DNA of 64,000 nt, taken from the NCBI GenBank assembly GCA_029953675.1, contig JAMWBK010000005.1:1736001-1800000 (forward strand), written 5' to 3'. The stretch is from Rhodosorus marinus CCMP1338 (Eukaryota; Plantae; Rhodophyta). Under the pieces are notes generated by a model. It searched no databases, was not told the origin of the DNA, and saw only the letters and a list, made by a program, of their open reading frames with translations. A program made the position numbers and the translations under genes. Below, one piece after another: positions 11,583 to 24,804 of this stretch (position 1 is the first letter of the stretch; every line of letters begins with the position of its first letter).

Positions 11583-14217
11583 CGTCGCCCAACTCTGATC
11601 TCCAACAAAGCAACACTACAAACTACCCACCGCCTCAGAAAAACACCTCGTAACCTTAGCAAAACCCTATCATCCTAATCCAGTACCCACCGGCAGTTCC
11701 TCTCCACCTACCAATACCTCACTTCAACACTGCCCTAACCCCTTATCTGACCTGATTCCACCTTCCTTCCCACCTACTCCTGATCCCCACGCACCCGCCC
11801 CACCCAGGATATACAAACCTCTAGCTATGTGTATATATCCACAAGACGCCCTGGCCAGTTCCATCAATGGCCTAAAAAAACCCATTAATTAATGCCACTG
11901 GCTTCGGTTCTACGCTGCCCGCAAGAACTCAAAAGCCTTTCACATCATTTTCCAACTTCTGAAACCTCAGGTCAGTAGTTGTAATCGAACCCAACCCTGC
12001 GGTCCCATTCAGCCTTCTACGCTCACCCCCCCCCCTAAGTCTTCACTAAGCCCAATCGGATCGAAATCGAAAATCCCATTGGAATCTCCTAATAAAACAA
12101 CTAAAAAGCTTGCCACTGATTTACGCTCAGAATTATATAGGGGGTATATCCCCTCAGCCCGTTGATGCTACACGAAATTTTTTGACTCTAAACCAAAGGG
12201 GGTAGGACTGACTCCACAAAAATGGCTTCAACGAAAATCGTTCCTGCTTGCATGAAAATACTATTTATTAACTTTTTGAGTCGAAAAGCGGGGGGGGGGG
12301 GCGGAACGGTGCATGTTAGTGGACAAAGGATTCACACCCCGCCAACCCTACGACCACCCCACCCCCCTTTTAGGCCTCCTCTCCTATTTTTCCAAACCTA
12401 TTTTTTGCTTTATTCCGCTCTTGAAGAATCGACGGGTGGGGAGAATTTCCCGCGGCAAGTTAAAAAAAATAACCGTTTTGTTAAGATTTAACGTGATATT
12501 CCATCTTTTTGTCTGAGCTTGACCAATCATCGTCGTGTACACGTATCCGACAACGGAAAGCGCTGAAATCAGGGTGAAAAAACGTAAAAAACAAAAAAAA
12601 GAACCGCGCATCCAACAGTTGAAAAACCCACTGGACCTAAAAGTTCTAATTTTAGATAGATTATAAACCAATCGTCGTTGAGAATTCATCTTGTGGTCCT
12701 TTTTTGCTCAAAGGAAACGTTCAAATTTTTATCTTTTATTTAAGCCGCATTAACAACCCCCCCCTCTTCTCTAAGGAACACGACGGTTTTGATGAAGTTA
12801 ATTAGAAATTTTCTCAGTATCTTCACGGGAAACCTCGGCCGGTGGTGGCGGGGCCAGGGGGGGGGGGAAGGAGAATGGTGATGGGAAGGGGGGTTATTGA
12901 CGGTCCCGGATTTTCAAAACGACATTCCGCCGCTTTGGTGTATGGAATATTGTTTTTAAAAAATAAATATGAGTAATCGCACAATGAAAACCCGATCGGC
13001 GTAGTTTGTTTTATGTTTTTGGAGGGCATCTTGATGAGCTATTTTGCTCGGAATTTTGATGTGCTTAATTTTGTCCTCGTTCCAAGGGGGTTAGCCTTGT
13101 TTCCCTTCTCTACCCTAAACGACCATAGTTTTGTTTTTTCATCACGGAGGTGGGGGGAACCTTTCCTGTCGCCGCGAGGCTGGAATTGATGGATTTTCCA
13201 ACCCTGTGGGGTTGGGATTCGATCCGGTGTTTTTCTCTGGTTGCTATTGGAGAGGATATCAGGGAAACTAGGCCAATCATTTAGAGATTGAATCTCAAAT
13301 GAAATCGATTCAAGTAGATCCTGTTCGTGTATAAGGACGATTCGATAATCAATGATTTTAAGGGATCTAATTGGCTGGTACGGAATAGGGTTGTTCTTTC
13401 CGGGGTTTGTGTGCTTTAGGAACCTATGCTTTTTATTTGATATTTCAAAACTAGATGGATTGATCTCAGCGGAAGGAATAACTAACGTATTGAAGGAAGA
13501 ATAGTATGAATAAATGAATCTTAACAAACGTTCTGTCTCGCCTGGGTTACGACGAGAGATATGATTGGTTTCGTGGGTTTTTTGTGATATTCACATAACG
13601 TGTTTGGCTTAATGAGCTCCCAATTGGATACACGACGTCACGTGCGGCGCGTGGATTGGGCAGGGACGGTTTAGGGGGTGTGGCTTTTTCTGCATCAGAT
13701 CAGGTTTTTCTTTCCCCCCCCCCCGCCCTCCACCCACCTCACACTAACTGTCGTACTAGAAGTACAATGGAAAGCGTTTTTTCGGAAGGGAAGTCTGCGG
13801 TCTAGAGGTTTCGGGTTTTTTTCATTCTTTTCGCCTGAGGTGTGTTTCGCGATTGCTATATTTTAGGATTTCGATTTTTTTTGTTGCTTGGAAGCGGTAG
13901 CAGAACTTCCGCTTCTTGATAAAAAAAAGAAAAATGAACGCACCGCGCAACCCCCCAAAACCTGGAGAGGAGGGGGTGCTGTTGGGTGTGCGTGGTTCGG
14001 ATGAGGACTGCTCTTTGGCTGCTGCTTCATCTGATGATGTTCTGTGATTGCGACTACTGGCTACTCTCTAAGCTCTAGTGCACAGCGCCCAGCTATGGCG
14101 TTCAGAAGGAGAACGTTCAATGCTAAGAGTAAATAATGGACAAAAAATTTATTGACACAAAAAAAGTCAATGCCGATCGTAGGGCTGTTCAAACGTTGAC
14201 GTTACAATAGATTGTGC

Positions 14218-15037
14218 CGTTAATGTTCGAGTTGTGGTCTCTGAACAAAAGACGATCCATTACCGTATCTCAACATCTTTTCAAACGCCCACGCGGAAAC
14301 TCTGAATTCAACCGCTATACCTCTCACAACTGGATGTGCATGGGTTCTCGTTCGGAACTCATTCAAGGGTCCTGTTCAGTCTCCATTGCCCCTTTTTTTC
14401 CGTGCTGAAGGTGATCTCCTTCGGCCCATAGATTCTCCCTGTTTCACGCGAGGTTTGAATTTGACATAGTGCTTTGCTCTCAATCGCTGTCGGGTTAACC
14501 CTCCTCTCACCGCCAGTTGCTGATCGAAGGACCCGATCAAGAAGATCGGATCTTCTGGAACCGCCAACCACACGGGCAAGGGATTTTGTGCTCTTGCCAA
14601 CACCTTTTTAGAGCGAAGAGGTAAAGGAGATTCCATGCACTTCCATATCCCAGACGCATCGGCAGCGGCCAGTAGCCCGTGGATTTCGTGCTGTGGGATA
14701 CCATGCTTGGCAGTTGGATTCCGTGCTCGTGGGGGGGTGGGACCACATAAACATCTGCGACCTAACCCCACATGGCCTTCTGATCTTATGCCAAAAAAAA
14801 AGAAGGAACGAGGTCGTTTGAGGTTTTCATGGGGTCAATCAAAAAGCCTATTCGTTCTATTTTTTTCGTCCACCACATGTCAATTTCTCTACCCCTTTTT
14901 TCGAAACAGCTGCTTAGCATAGTATTCTCTTTTATGAAAGCTATTACGCCGATCAGGAGGATATTGTTCAATCTCTCCCCACCACTACCCTCCTCTCCCA
15001 CTACGGAATACATCCTCAAGTTACTTCCCTTGAACAT
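14218..15037 (-). pseudogene. Possible disrupted coding sequence in a homopolymer-rich block; product unknown
   Basis: Protein-like segments separated by an in-frame TAA beside an A5 run (about 14608) and a frame change near 14360. No family recognised. Confidence 0.25.
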
Positions 15038-15824
15038 TGATTAGCAAAATAATTTGGTGAGTTGAGGGTGGAATCCAAGAAAATAAAACTATTTTGCCAT
15101 TAGTGTCCCATCAGAACCCGAACTCCGGGAAGAAATCGATCTCCTGCGGATCAGCTAGCTATATGTAAATACTGAAGCGGTTCTAATTGGTAGTTTACAA
15201 TTTCTACCTTTGGTCGTTGTTAATTTGAGTGGGGTTTTCGTGCACCCCGTTGACCGGACGTCCATCAGAAGAAAAAGCGGAAGGTTGGAAACCGAGTTTT
15301 TGTTTTCCTATGCGTGAAATTTATATATATATATTACCAATCATTCCCCGGCGCGCTCTCACAGGCGAATACAGCCGTTTCTTTATTGGAAAAGAAAAAT
15401 GGGAGGGGGGCATCCGGGTTTTATTTATTCGGAACTTTTCCAATTCTTCTGGCGTTATTGAATTTTCGTTTTTTGAGGGCACAACCACTCTGAGGTCTTC
15501 TTGCCTTGGGTTCCGTACTTTTGTCGACTGCATGTTTGAATTTGGTTAATATTTATTCTCAACTGGGCTGGTGAAGGTCTGGGAAGGCCTATTTCTATCC
15601 TGATTGCGTTTATATAGCTTCCGTCCTAAATCTGTCCCAGAACGTTGAGGCAAGCTACGTTTGACATGCTTTGGGCCTGGCGACGCATTTTTACATACGA
15701 AGGTTTTTAAGGCTTGATCAATGGATGCCCGAGAGGGTATGGCAATTCCGGTTCTTGTCTCCAATAAAAATTCTGTGTATTAAGATAAGGTCTCCGAAAG
15801 GGAGACGCTAGGAAGCTGCACAAG

Positions 15825-17014
15825 GTGCAGCTCCAGCACTTCAGGCGCCGCTGCACGCCAGAGAGTCAGACTCAACGAAGGTATAAACGGACAATCCCAG
15901 ACTACTGCTACCCCAAGAGAACGCTTCCATCCCCGTGCTTGGATTTTCCCACCGAGTCTTGGGGAAAGCTGTCGGACGAGGTGTATCCGGCGAGCATCAT
16001 GTATTCACACCCGAACTACCCTGAAAAAGAAGAAGGATCGGTTTAATCGGATGCTGCGGTCCGCGAATGAGATGCTCCAGGAAGGGTGCAGAGTGGGCGT
16101 CTCCAAAACTAAGGCAGCATTACAATATCAGAGAGTCAGGCTCAAAGATACTGGCAGTCGAGAAAGAGCATCAGGGGTTACCAGGAAGGGCGAGAGTCCG
16201 GTTCAAGCTCGACGAGCATCACCTGCTCTATGAACCTGCCACGCTTGTTAAAGTGCGACAACGCCCTCTCCAATCCGGGAGCAGCTCGATGTCTGTTCCC
16301 AACCACCGCATGCAGGCCATCTACAAGCATCAGCAACAGCTCTTTGCACATCTATGTAATTCCTACTCGGTAGCTCAGTTCTCTCGGATTCTCTGTGGGC
16401 TGATGTTCGCAGCAATTCTCCCCGGAAACTATAGCGTGTGAGGACAATTGTACTCATCAGTTCGACCCACTTCAGCGAACTATGAGCTCGGACTAGCGTA
16501 AACCCCTCAAATTTCAATGCGCTCAAAGCGCGGGAGCAATTCCGAGCTCGACGAGCCGGGGAAAAGCAGTCTGTCTAGAACAAAACCAGAAGTTGAAAAT
16601 GCTATTTTGTTAAGTCGAGAAGACGACGTAACAAACCTCATACACTGGAAAGGGAAGACCTGGCCGGGAGCAACTAATAAATTGAGGCTGATACCAAGGA
16701 ATGCTTGGAGTGCCGCCAGTAGCCGGAAGTTATCAACGACTGAAGACATGCAAGCTGTCGTTCTCGACGTTCTTCACCAGGCAGCCGCAATCAGCAGTCA
16801 AGTAGTGCCCTCGTCCCGCAGGAGTTTCTGGTCGAGTCGAACTCAAAGAGGGACACGGCAGGAGCCTCCCACACCTAGTCAACAACTGGATTCAGGTGCT
16901 CGCCCATTGTCAGATTACGCTTTTTTTAGAGCGTCCGACTCATCAAGCAAGAAGAATATCGGGCGTGGCAGAACACTTCGCACTACTTCGATATACGAAA
17001 AGTTGATGTTATAG
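15825..17014 (+). CDS. Hypothetical, probably multi-exon protein; exon structure unresolved
   Basis: Successive plus-strand ORFs (15825-16046, 16067-16441, 16517-17014) converging on DONSON. No recognisable motif. Confidence 0.3.
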
Positions 17015-17221
17015 TACTCTGTTCAAGGTTATTTATTCATCTTCTTGCACAAATCATGTTTGACACTCGTTCACCTTGGCCGTTAACATTAGACCGTCAC
17101 TCAGACCCATAATCTTTTTTTCTGGGTGAGCAATCGAACACTTCACCACCATTCAACTCGGTTCTGGGGGTGTACTGGCCCATCCGTGATCCTCAACGTG
17201 ACACTAGTCGAAGGTGCCCTA

Positions 17222-19116
17222 CTACTTCGATGATTGAATGGAAGCAAAAAATGTCAAAACATCCTTGTCCCCAGCAATCTTGGATAAGAACCTCCTGCCA
17301 AGCGTCGAGATTTTCCCTGGTGGAGCACCTGGCTTGGCGTACGCCGCTTCTTCCTCGATTGAATGGATTCCCTTCGCAGCAAACTCGAACGGCCGGTCGA
17401 TTGTTTCCTTCTTGGTTGCACCATGAATACTAGATTCGGCAAACGCGTTGACTTCCATCAGCCTATCATCGTTGACAAAGACCCCTTCAAACTGCTTGTT
17501 TCTCAGTTGCAAAGCAGTCACAATGCGTTGCAAGTTGTGAGGTAGTATTGCTCCTTCAATTTCAATCACATGATGAAAAGAGTTTTGCGAATCTTGGATT
17601 TCCTGGAGGAGGCTGATCGACAGTCTCGCAAGCGTGGCTCCTGTTATATTCGAAGATGAACGAGAAAGCATTTGAGGATTTTCATCTGAAGGTAACAGCG
17701 ACTTCTACTTGACGAGTCGTACCTTCAAACGCGTGCTCAGCGAGAAGCACAGGTACATCAGAAACTGATGAAAACTTTGGGCCCGCGGAGAGAAGATAGT
17801 TGTAAAGTCCGTGTATGTCCCCAGTGCTGCTGAACAGGAGCAAAGAACGATCCACCTCGTTGACTTTGTCAATATCTGAAAAGATTGAAAACAAAAATAC
17901 GATGGTAAGGAACACGGAAGGAATGCACTCAACAAACGTCCCCGACAGGGAACGATCAATTAGACACACTTACCCGGCTTGGAAATGAGGGGTGCGCTGT
18001 ACATTATTCCAAATTCATCGAGTGCAGCTCGTTGGCCTGGGTTCGATCTCGTCATTGTCGCACGCAAATCCCCGTTGGCCCTTCTTGAAAACAAAACCGC
18101 CTGGTTTCCAATCATCACGTAGAATCTATCCACAAACTCATACCTCCATCGGAAGTAGAGGGATCGAAGTGCAGCTTCCCACTTCGATACACGGTCAGAT
18201 ACGACTTCGAACTGAAGAGCGCGCCAGGTGATACACAAAGTTTAGAAAGGCAAACACCCACAAGCTGTTCCTTCAAAAAAAAAATCATATCCTCCGGGAG
18301 GAAGTTGGCTTTACAACCGTAGAGTGCGTACACTCACCTTCTCTGAAGCGTTCGCTTGAGTGGCAGTGGTCGTATATACGCTCCCAACAATGTTCCGCCA
18401 GCTTTTCGTGATAGACAGTGGCAGGTCAGAGTCTTTAGGGTGTTGGTAGTAGAGGAGGCCTGCTGCAAAGCAACGAGCCGGGTCATCGCTCCCTGGGTCC
18501 GTTTTGGTGAGAAAGTCTTCCATTGCGAGAGTCATAGATTCTGCTCCAATACATTTACACCTAAAGAAGTTTCCAGTAGAGCTGACTGATGAGCCAAACA
18601 ATTCCACAGCCTAGCTTCTGCCAATGGATCGAAAACTGCAACGGCTTACCAGTCAAAGGACGTTCGAGAAACGAACTTAGCCGAGCTCTTGATTACGAAA
18701 TCTTCCGGTATTTTCGCGCTCCCCGAAAGCACGAGATCGTTTGAAGCCGTTAAAGTATGTCTAGTGTCTTCCACACTATCCAGCACGCTTGGTTCTATTG
18801 TGTCTCTGTTGTGATTGCCAGAATCGAACTTGGACAATGTGTCCGTCAAAACAGTCCAAGCATCATCTTGGAGAAGGAAAACCATGAACAAACGCTCGAT
18901 TAGTCCCCCATTCCGGCAAAAGCCAGCTTCAAAGACAGTTGTTTTACCCTGATTAATCTCCCGAGAGTTGGATGTCAATGCGTCGGTCATGGACTTCAGC
19001 TTAACTGGTTTCTGCTGTTGCCCTTCCCGGAATCCATACCGCGGAAGAGAACCCGAAACTCTCTTGCGAGTGATTACATGACCCGTTTCCTTCGAGCGTG
19101 CTGAATTTTCCGACAT
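17222..19116 (-). CDS. DONSON: DONSON (downstream neighbor of Son) homolog; introns 18649-18561, 18337-18212, 17973-17876, 17722-17641; start uncertain
   Basis: Four GT-AG introns splice in phase. The product shows DONSON blocks: IPEDFVIKSSAKFVSRTSFDW, GLLYYQHP, WEAALRSLY..FYV...AVLF..TMTRSNPGQRAAL..GIMYSAPL, HGLYNYLL, PVLLAEHAFEGAT and IEIEGAILPH. Confidence 0.85.
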
Positions 19117-19821
19117 TCTCTAAGTTTCCATCTGCCGCCCTTACTCAGGTCTCGCGAAGCAATCCGCCTGATGCGAAGGGAGGTGTCTCGCTGGCAGTCG
19201 CCCCGAGCCTCATCTTCGTCCTCCACAGCCTCCGCCCGACGGAGGTTCGATCACCAAGAGAAGAACATCTTCTCGAGAGAGCCAGTCTGAGACTATTATC
19301 CCCACTTCACCAGTCATACCTGTCGATGTTTTGACCTCAAAACGGGATGACAACTAACAGATATTCTGCGGGGTTGCGTTGAGGATTTGCTGGCGGATGT
19401 TCAAGGTCTTTATCATCGTTCCTTAAGCGCCTGGGGCCGTAGGGAGGAAGGACACAGGGTGTTTTTCCAGGAGAGCACATTGAATTCCTTGGGAGAAACA
19501 ACACAGCGCGGGATTGGGAGTCGATATTGAAAAGTGCGCACACAACTTCACGTGCAGCTTATCCTGCGTTCTGTGGCTTGTCAAAACCCCAACTCTGTGC
19601 CGGGTCGTGGACGTTGCAACGCAAGAGCGTACTTCAGTCATCGATGACATTCAGCTCCCCAACATTCAACCTAGAAATGCTTCATGCTTCTCTAAACAAG
19701 TTTAGCCGCCCCAACTAAGAGAAATAATTGGCCTAATACATCCTATTTCGGTAGTATAGCATTTTGTGTTCCAATAAAAACAGATTTTATAGATTATAAG
19801 CGAATTAGATCGCGCTCTACG

Positions 19822-19839
19822 TGATTGGTCCACCAATCA
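19822..19839. promoter_or_regulatory. Inverted CCAAT-box dyad TGATTGGT-CC-ACCAATCA upstream of DONSON
   Basis: Perfect 8-bp arms with a 2-nt spacer in intergenic DNA 5' of the minus-strand DONSON gene. The regulatory role is inferred only. Confidence 0.35.
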
Positions 19840-20200
19840 ATCTCACAGTAATAGATTCGGGAGCGGTTGCCGGACGATGGTTTGCTCTGCTCTCGTCTCC
19901 TTCTTGCTTCTTTAGAAGTTTAGTTCATGTCCATTGCTCAATATGCTGTACAGAATATGAAAACTTGCTAGTGGTCGCCTTAAAGGTACCATAGGCGTTC
20001 AAACTCCTAGTCAACACATTGCCGTCAACATTCTTAATTCTGGAACGACCCCCAGCGGAATGAAGGTAAGCGGGGCATGGATAGTGGGTCTCTTAAGGCG
20101 ACGAAGCCCAGCCGCTCTAGAACTATTCACGAATTAGACGACCTTGGTCGTAGAAGACTTGACATCACGAAGGAAGGACGGAAATTGTCTGTACAATGCC

Positions 20201-20568
20201 ACAGGAAAACGGATGAACCATGGTCATCAAAAGCGGAGTTGATATTTAGGTTGTCCCCAGACCAGGGCGGCGACGTGATGCGTAGACGTTAACGGCGCAA
20301 CGGACAGAAGTCAATGGTGTAAAGCCGCTCGAGCGAAGGGTCAAAATTTTCAGCTATAAGATTATCTCCACTCGAGCACGCAAACAGGAAAACGGATGAA
20401 CCATGGTCATCAAAAGCGGAGTTGATATTTAGGTTGTCCCCAGACCAGGGCGGCGACGTGATGCGTAGACGTTAACGGCGCAACGGACAGAAGTCAATGG
20501 TGTAAAGCCGCTCGAGCGAAGGGTCAAAACTTTCAGCTATAAGATTATCTCCACTCGAGCACGCAAAC
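20201..20568. repeat. Tandem direct duplication, 2 x 183 bp, one mismatch
   Basis: The unit starting ACAGGAAAACGGATGAACC occurs at 20201 and 20384. The only difference seen is AAAATTTTCAG vs AAAACTTTCAG. Confidence 0.97.
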
Positions 20569-23500
20569 TGCGAAGTAAACACGAGCGCGGGATGGCAAGC
20601 TGTCCCTCACCGTCATCTCACACAGCATCCTTCCACCGCCGTACAAGACCACACCCCTTGGGGCCCCCAAGACATCCACCTCCACCGTCCTCAATCGCAG
20701 GTGAATCATTATTGCTTCTGATTGAATGCTTTTTCTGCGTGTAATTGTGGGATTCTGACGTTCACGTAGAGTAGTGATTATTTCTGAGTTTAACAGGCTG
20801 TCATTTTCAGTTCAATGGATTTTCTATATACATTGCAAATGATAGCAAAGGTCGATTAGCGACAGCATAGTCGGCGTAATATCCAGAGTCCGGTGATAGA
20901 AGGGGAGTAGAGAGCGAAAAGAGAGAGTGGGAGATTTGCAGTGAAGGAAGAAGTTGAAATTCTTGAGACCGTTGTGTTCTTAAGTAGATTTCGACTACTG
21001 GCTATTGGTGTGAGCTTCACTCACCCTTCGAATCGCATAGGACGGTTACTGGGAAGGAATTTCACGAAAGCGGAATTGTTCGTGTCGAACCGTCTTCCTC
21101 CGGAGATTTTGGAACAAGAAGGTTTCATCCTAAGCGATTCCAACGGCGCGCTTAGCCACCTGGGTTGCATTTCTTATGACTTGAGGTTCGGAATAATCGT
21201 CGGATCATCTAACCGCTTTTAACGCAGAAATCTAGCGTACCCAGGCACCAGGTTCCAAGGAAAATATGGATCGCCGCAGACGATGGATTTCGACCAAGGA
21301 GTATCCATGAGCCATTTATCACATATTTTAAGTAATATATCACGTCAAGCCTCCGTGCAAGGGGTCGTGTCACCTATAATAAATAGGTGACAATAATAAT
21401 AAACTTTTCCGATACGTTGCCTTGAATCACAACCGCGACATCGCAACGCCTTTATCCAAGACATCGCGGAAACTCGTAGGCAGGAAACAGTTGCTCGCAC
21501 ATGAGGCCGTTGGAGCAATTCCAATAAGGTGAAGGCAGTGAAGACCACTACTCGCAGCTTTTGGACGTTTGCCCGCCGTGAACGCGCTTCCCTAACGCAG
21601 AGGGCTGGACGACCCCCACGGTAAAAATCGGGGCCGTATAAGTGATACCAACTCTTGAATGAGTCTTACTAACTCACCCCTCCTATAGAAACGCTCCCGT
21701 ATTGAGAATCCTGAAGTTAAATAAAAAAACCCCAACGAAGATTCAAAAAGTTAATACAATTCAACACCAAAATATGGCGGAGGTAGAGGCTAATTTTTAA
21801 CCATTTTTCTATGGATTCGCAATATAGGATTAATCAAAATTAATTATCAGTATCTCGATCTCGAATTAATATTTCAAAAAATCAAAACAACAAGGTGTTC
21901 GGCTTCTGCAGGTTTTTCGGAATATTCTGGGTCATATCAACACTGGGGTAGTACGTAGTAGCAGAGATGTGGTCGTACTATAAAGTCCAGATTGTAAATT
22001 TGTATTTTTTGGGCTTTTGAGAAAAGTATGTATATTCGAAATTTTTGATTTCATGTTTTAGGAAGTAAAATGGAGCTTGGTCGCTACCCCACGTCTAAAA
22101 ATATTTTATTTTGAGGACGACAATTCTTTTTTTTCAGTTCATTTTTATAGTAGTTGAATGTGGAGCGCTGATCTGTTCGAAAAACTGTTAACTGGGCACG
22201 CTTTTCATTCGAAACTGTCATCCAAGAACAAGGCGCGGCGGTGGAGGTTTTAGTGAAGGTCAAGGGTGAAAATTTTCGGGGTGAAGGAGGGGGGCATTTT
22301 GAGTTTTCAAGGAGCATGGGCTGCGCCTGTGCTTGGTCTGTCGGATTGAGGTGGTGTGGGGAGGGAGGTCGGGGAGTCTGGGGGTACTTGGTTGGGCGTT
22401 CACTGTCAGCAGCTTCCATTGTCCGAGGATCAACCGTGTTTTTTTTAAAAAAATCGACGATGACTTGGCTCGCTCTGAGGATTGGGACCTTCCAGCGAGC
22501 TGCAGGCTTGGCTTTTGCTTGGCTAGGTTTCTTCAGCATCGGAAACGCTGAAATCAATGTTGCGAGCGAGCATATCCCTAACGTACCGCCATTTGGCTTT
22601 TTGCCATGAGGTCTCCTTATTTCGCTATATTCATCACCTTGCATTGCGAACACGTTTGCTAAATCGAACGAGAGGTATTTTGTTTAGTCGAAGGCCAATC
22701 GCGGACAATGGAAGGCCATGTCCGCTCCTTCAGACTCTTAGTCGAGACCGACCAGCTCGTTCCCATTCACAACAATCCTGGCCTTTTCAGTCAACGTAAA
22801 TGCGGGAAAGGACTTTATGCGCGTTGTCGGCGAACTTCGCACTAGCTTTTCAAGGCAATACGTTTACATGAGCAGCTCAGGTCTTTTTTTTTAGCGTGAA
22901 CTTCTCCCAACTCCTTGGGTTGCTTGTTTTCCACTGAGGGGAAGAACCCGCCCTTCCTGATCCTAGCTGTTGGTTAACCATATCAAAACAAGAGTCGACA
23001 GCGGCGGGTACCCCCTGGTCTCGAACAAATGAACAGAAATTTATCATTTATTGGTAAAACTTCGGTCGAAATCATTCCTGCAGATTGAATGATTTTATCC
23101 ACCTCCCCCCCGTCTGAACGAACTAATAGGTTTTCCTTGTTCTTCTGCCAAAGACGATTCCAGCCATTCCGAAAATTCAATCGCCAATGCCATGCCAAAG
23201 TTGAAACTAAAAGCTATTGTGCACTGGCTTTGGACAATTTTCGCCAGTCAGAAAAATCCCGTCCTCTCACACATAAGTGTTGGCTACATCTGCGTCCAGG
23301 AGTTTTCCGGCAAACAGTTGATTTTACTTGGGAGGCCTGTATCCGCAGACTTGGACTTGGGCAGGGTGTTTCACGAGGGGACCAAGTGTGCAGCTCGTTT
23401 TTTGTTTTAAACGCGAGGAATAGGATATGTCAACAGGCGCGGTGGTGCGACGGAACCCGTTTTCATACATCCGCAGCTCCTAACAGACGTTCAAGGAAGC

Positions 23501-24730
23501 CGCAGGAATCCAAGCAAGGAGAAAACGAGTTGTGGGCGGGTTTTTAAAAGTATCTTAAACCCGCTCCCCCAACCGCCTGTGAAATTTTTTTTTTATGCAG
23601 CGCAACCCAACTCTATCCCCGGCCTTTACCCTGCTAGAGCAAAACTACATTAGGATAAGTGAACAACCATATCGATCCATCTGACATGGCCCTCACCCTT
23701 GCCCCACTTGCAAACACTCAACCCCTCCCAAACCCCCGGCCCCCATTCTCCCCACCCCGCCTTAATATGTCAGTCGGCACAACTCCGACACAAATAAAGG
23801 CGACCAGATGCAAAAACCCCTTGCCGATTTAAAATGAATATTGTACTGGGCTACAGGCGAAACCCACTCAGCAAGAAAAACAGTGGAGTTGGTAGTAGCA
23901 GATTGCAGGGTGGTCCGCTGCAGGCGTCCTCGAGGAAAAAAAATTCTTTTATGTATTCGTTAAATTTTATTTTCTCTCACCATGGTCTATCCACCACCCC
24001 CGGAAAAAAGAGGGTATGCTATGTGCACCCAACATCCGTATAGTTGACTTGTACCCCACCCGCCTCCCTCATCGCCACCGCCACCACTACCTCCTCCGCG
24101 GGGTATTCAGAGTTTTTCAACCGCCAAACCTCTCCCCCCATTGTCAGTCGCCCATGTATTTTTTTTCCACTATCTATTCACTCGAACTTGTCTCTCAATA
24201 TGACTCCTATCACGTTTGAGAGCGCGGGGAGGGGTTGTGTTTGTGACTCTCCCTCCTTGTCGACACTTCTGCGGGTTTAATTTTTTTGGAGAGTTCCCTT
24301 CTCTTTTCCTCTTCCTTCTCTCTCTCTCGGACTTTTGCAAAATTTCCCAATTTTTGTTTTCGTTTTGCTTGTTTTGATCCTTCGAGAGCAGAAATAGAAT
24401 TTTTTGTTTTCTTTCCTCTATAACAGACTTTGGGTGGGCGTTACTAGACTCTCCCTCCGCACTTGCTCTGTCACTCGCATGAATATATATATTTTTGGCC
24501 CTTTCAGATGTGGAGGGGGATGAAAAGGGTGTCTGGAGATGGCTGTCTAGGATGTGTCTTGGGGAAGGAGGGCGAGGAGGGCTTGGTGGAGGGGATGGGG
24601 TGGGGTGTGCTGGGATGTATGTGGTGAGAGGGTATTTTTGTTTTTGTGCTGTGGAAGGGTGGTAGGGTTTCCGTGGGTTGGGGTTGCGGTGTGAGGGTGA
24701 TTTTTTTTTGGATGTTGTAATTCATTTGCA

Positions 24731-24767
24731 GGGCGGGGCGATGGGCTGACTGGGGTGGAGGGGAGGG
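24731..24767 (+). promoter_or_regulatory. Canonical G-quadruplex-forming tract just upstream of the CHD start
   Basis: GGGCGGGGCGATGGGCTGACTGGGGTGGAGGGGAGGG has six runs of at least 3 G with loops of 1-6 nt. More G-rich sequence lies at 24550-24690. Confidence 0.45.
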
Positions 24768-24804
24768 AGCGATTTTTTTGACCTTTTGAAGTTTTTTTTA
24801 GAGG

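Noticed and set aside
14020-14060. TGATGA and CTGA words suggesting a C/D snoRNA
   Set aside because: The boxes are not in the right order or spacing and there is no terminal stem. The same applies to ATGATGATTTCTGA near 37160, which is too short.
22084-23547. ORFs of 120-190 aa on both strands
   Set aside because: Low-complexity, Pro/Gly-biased translations of G/C-run DNA with no motifs. Treated as part of a noisy block.
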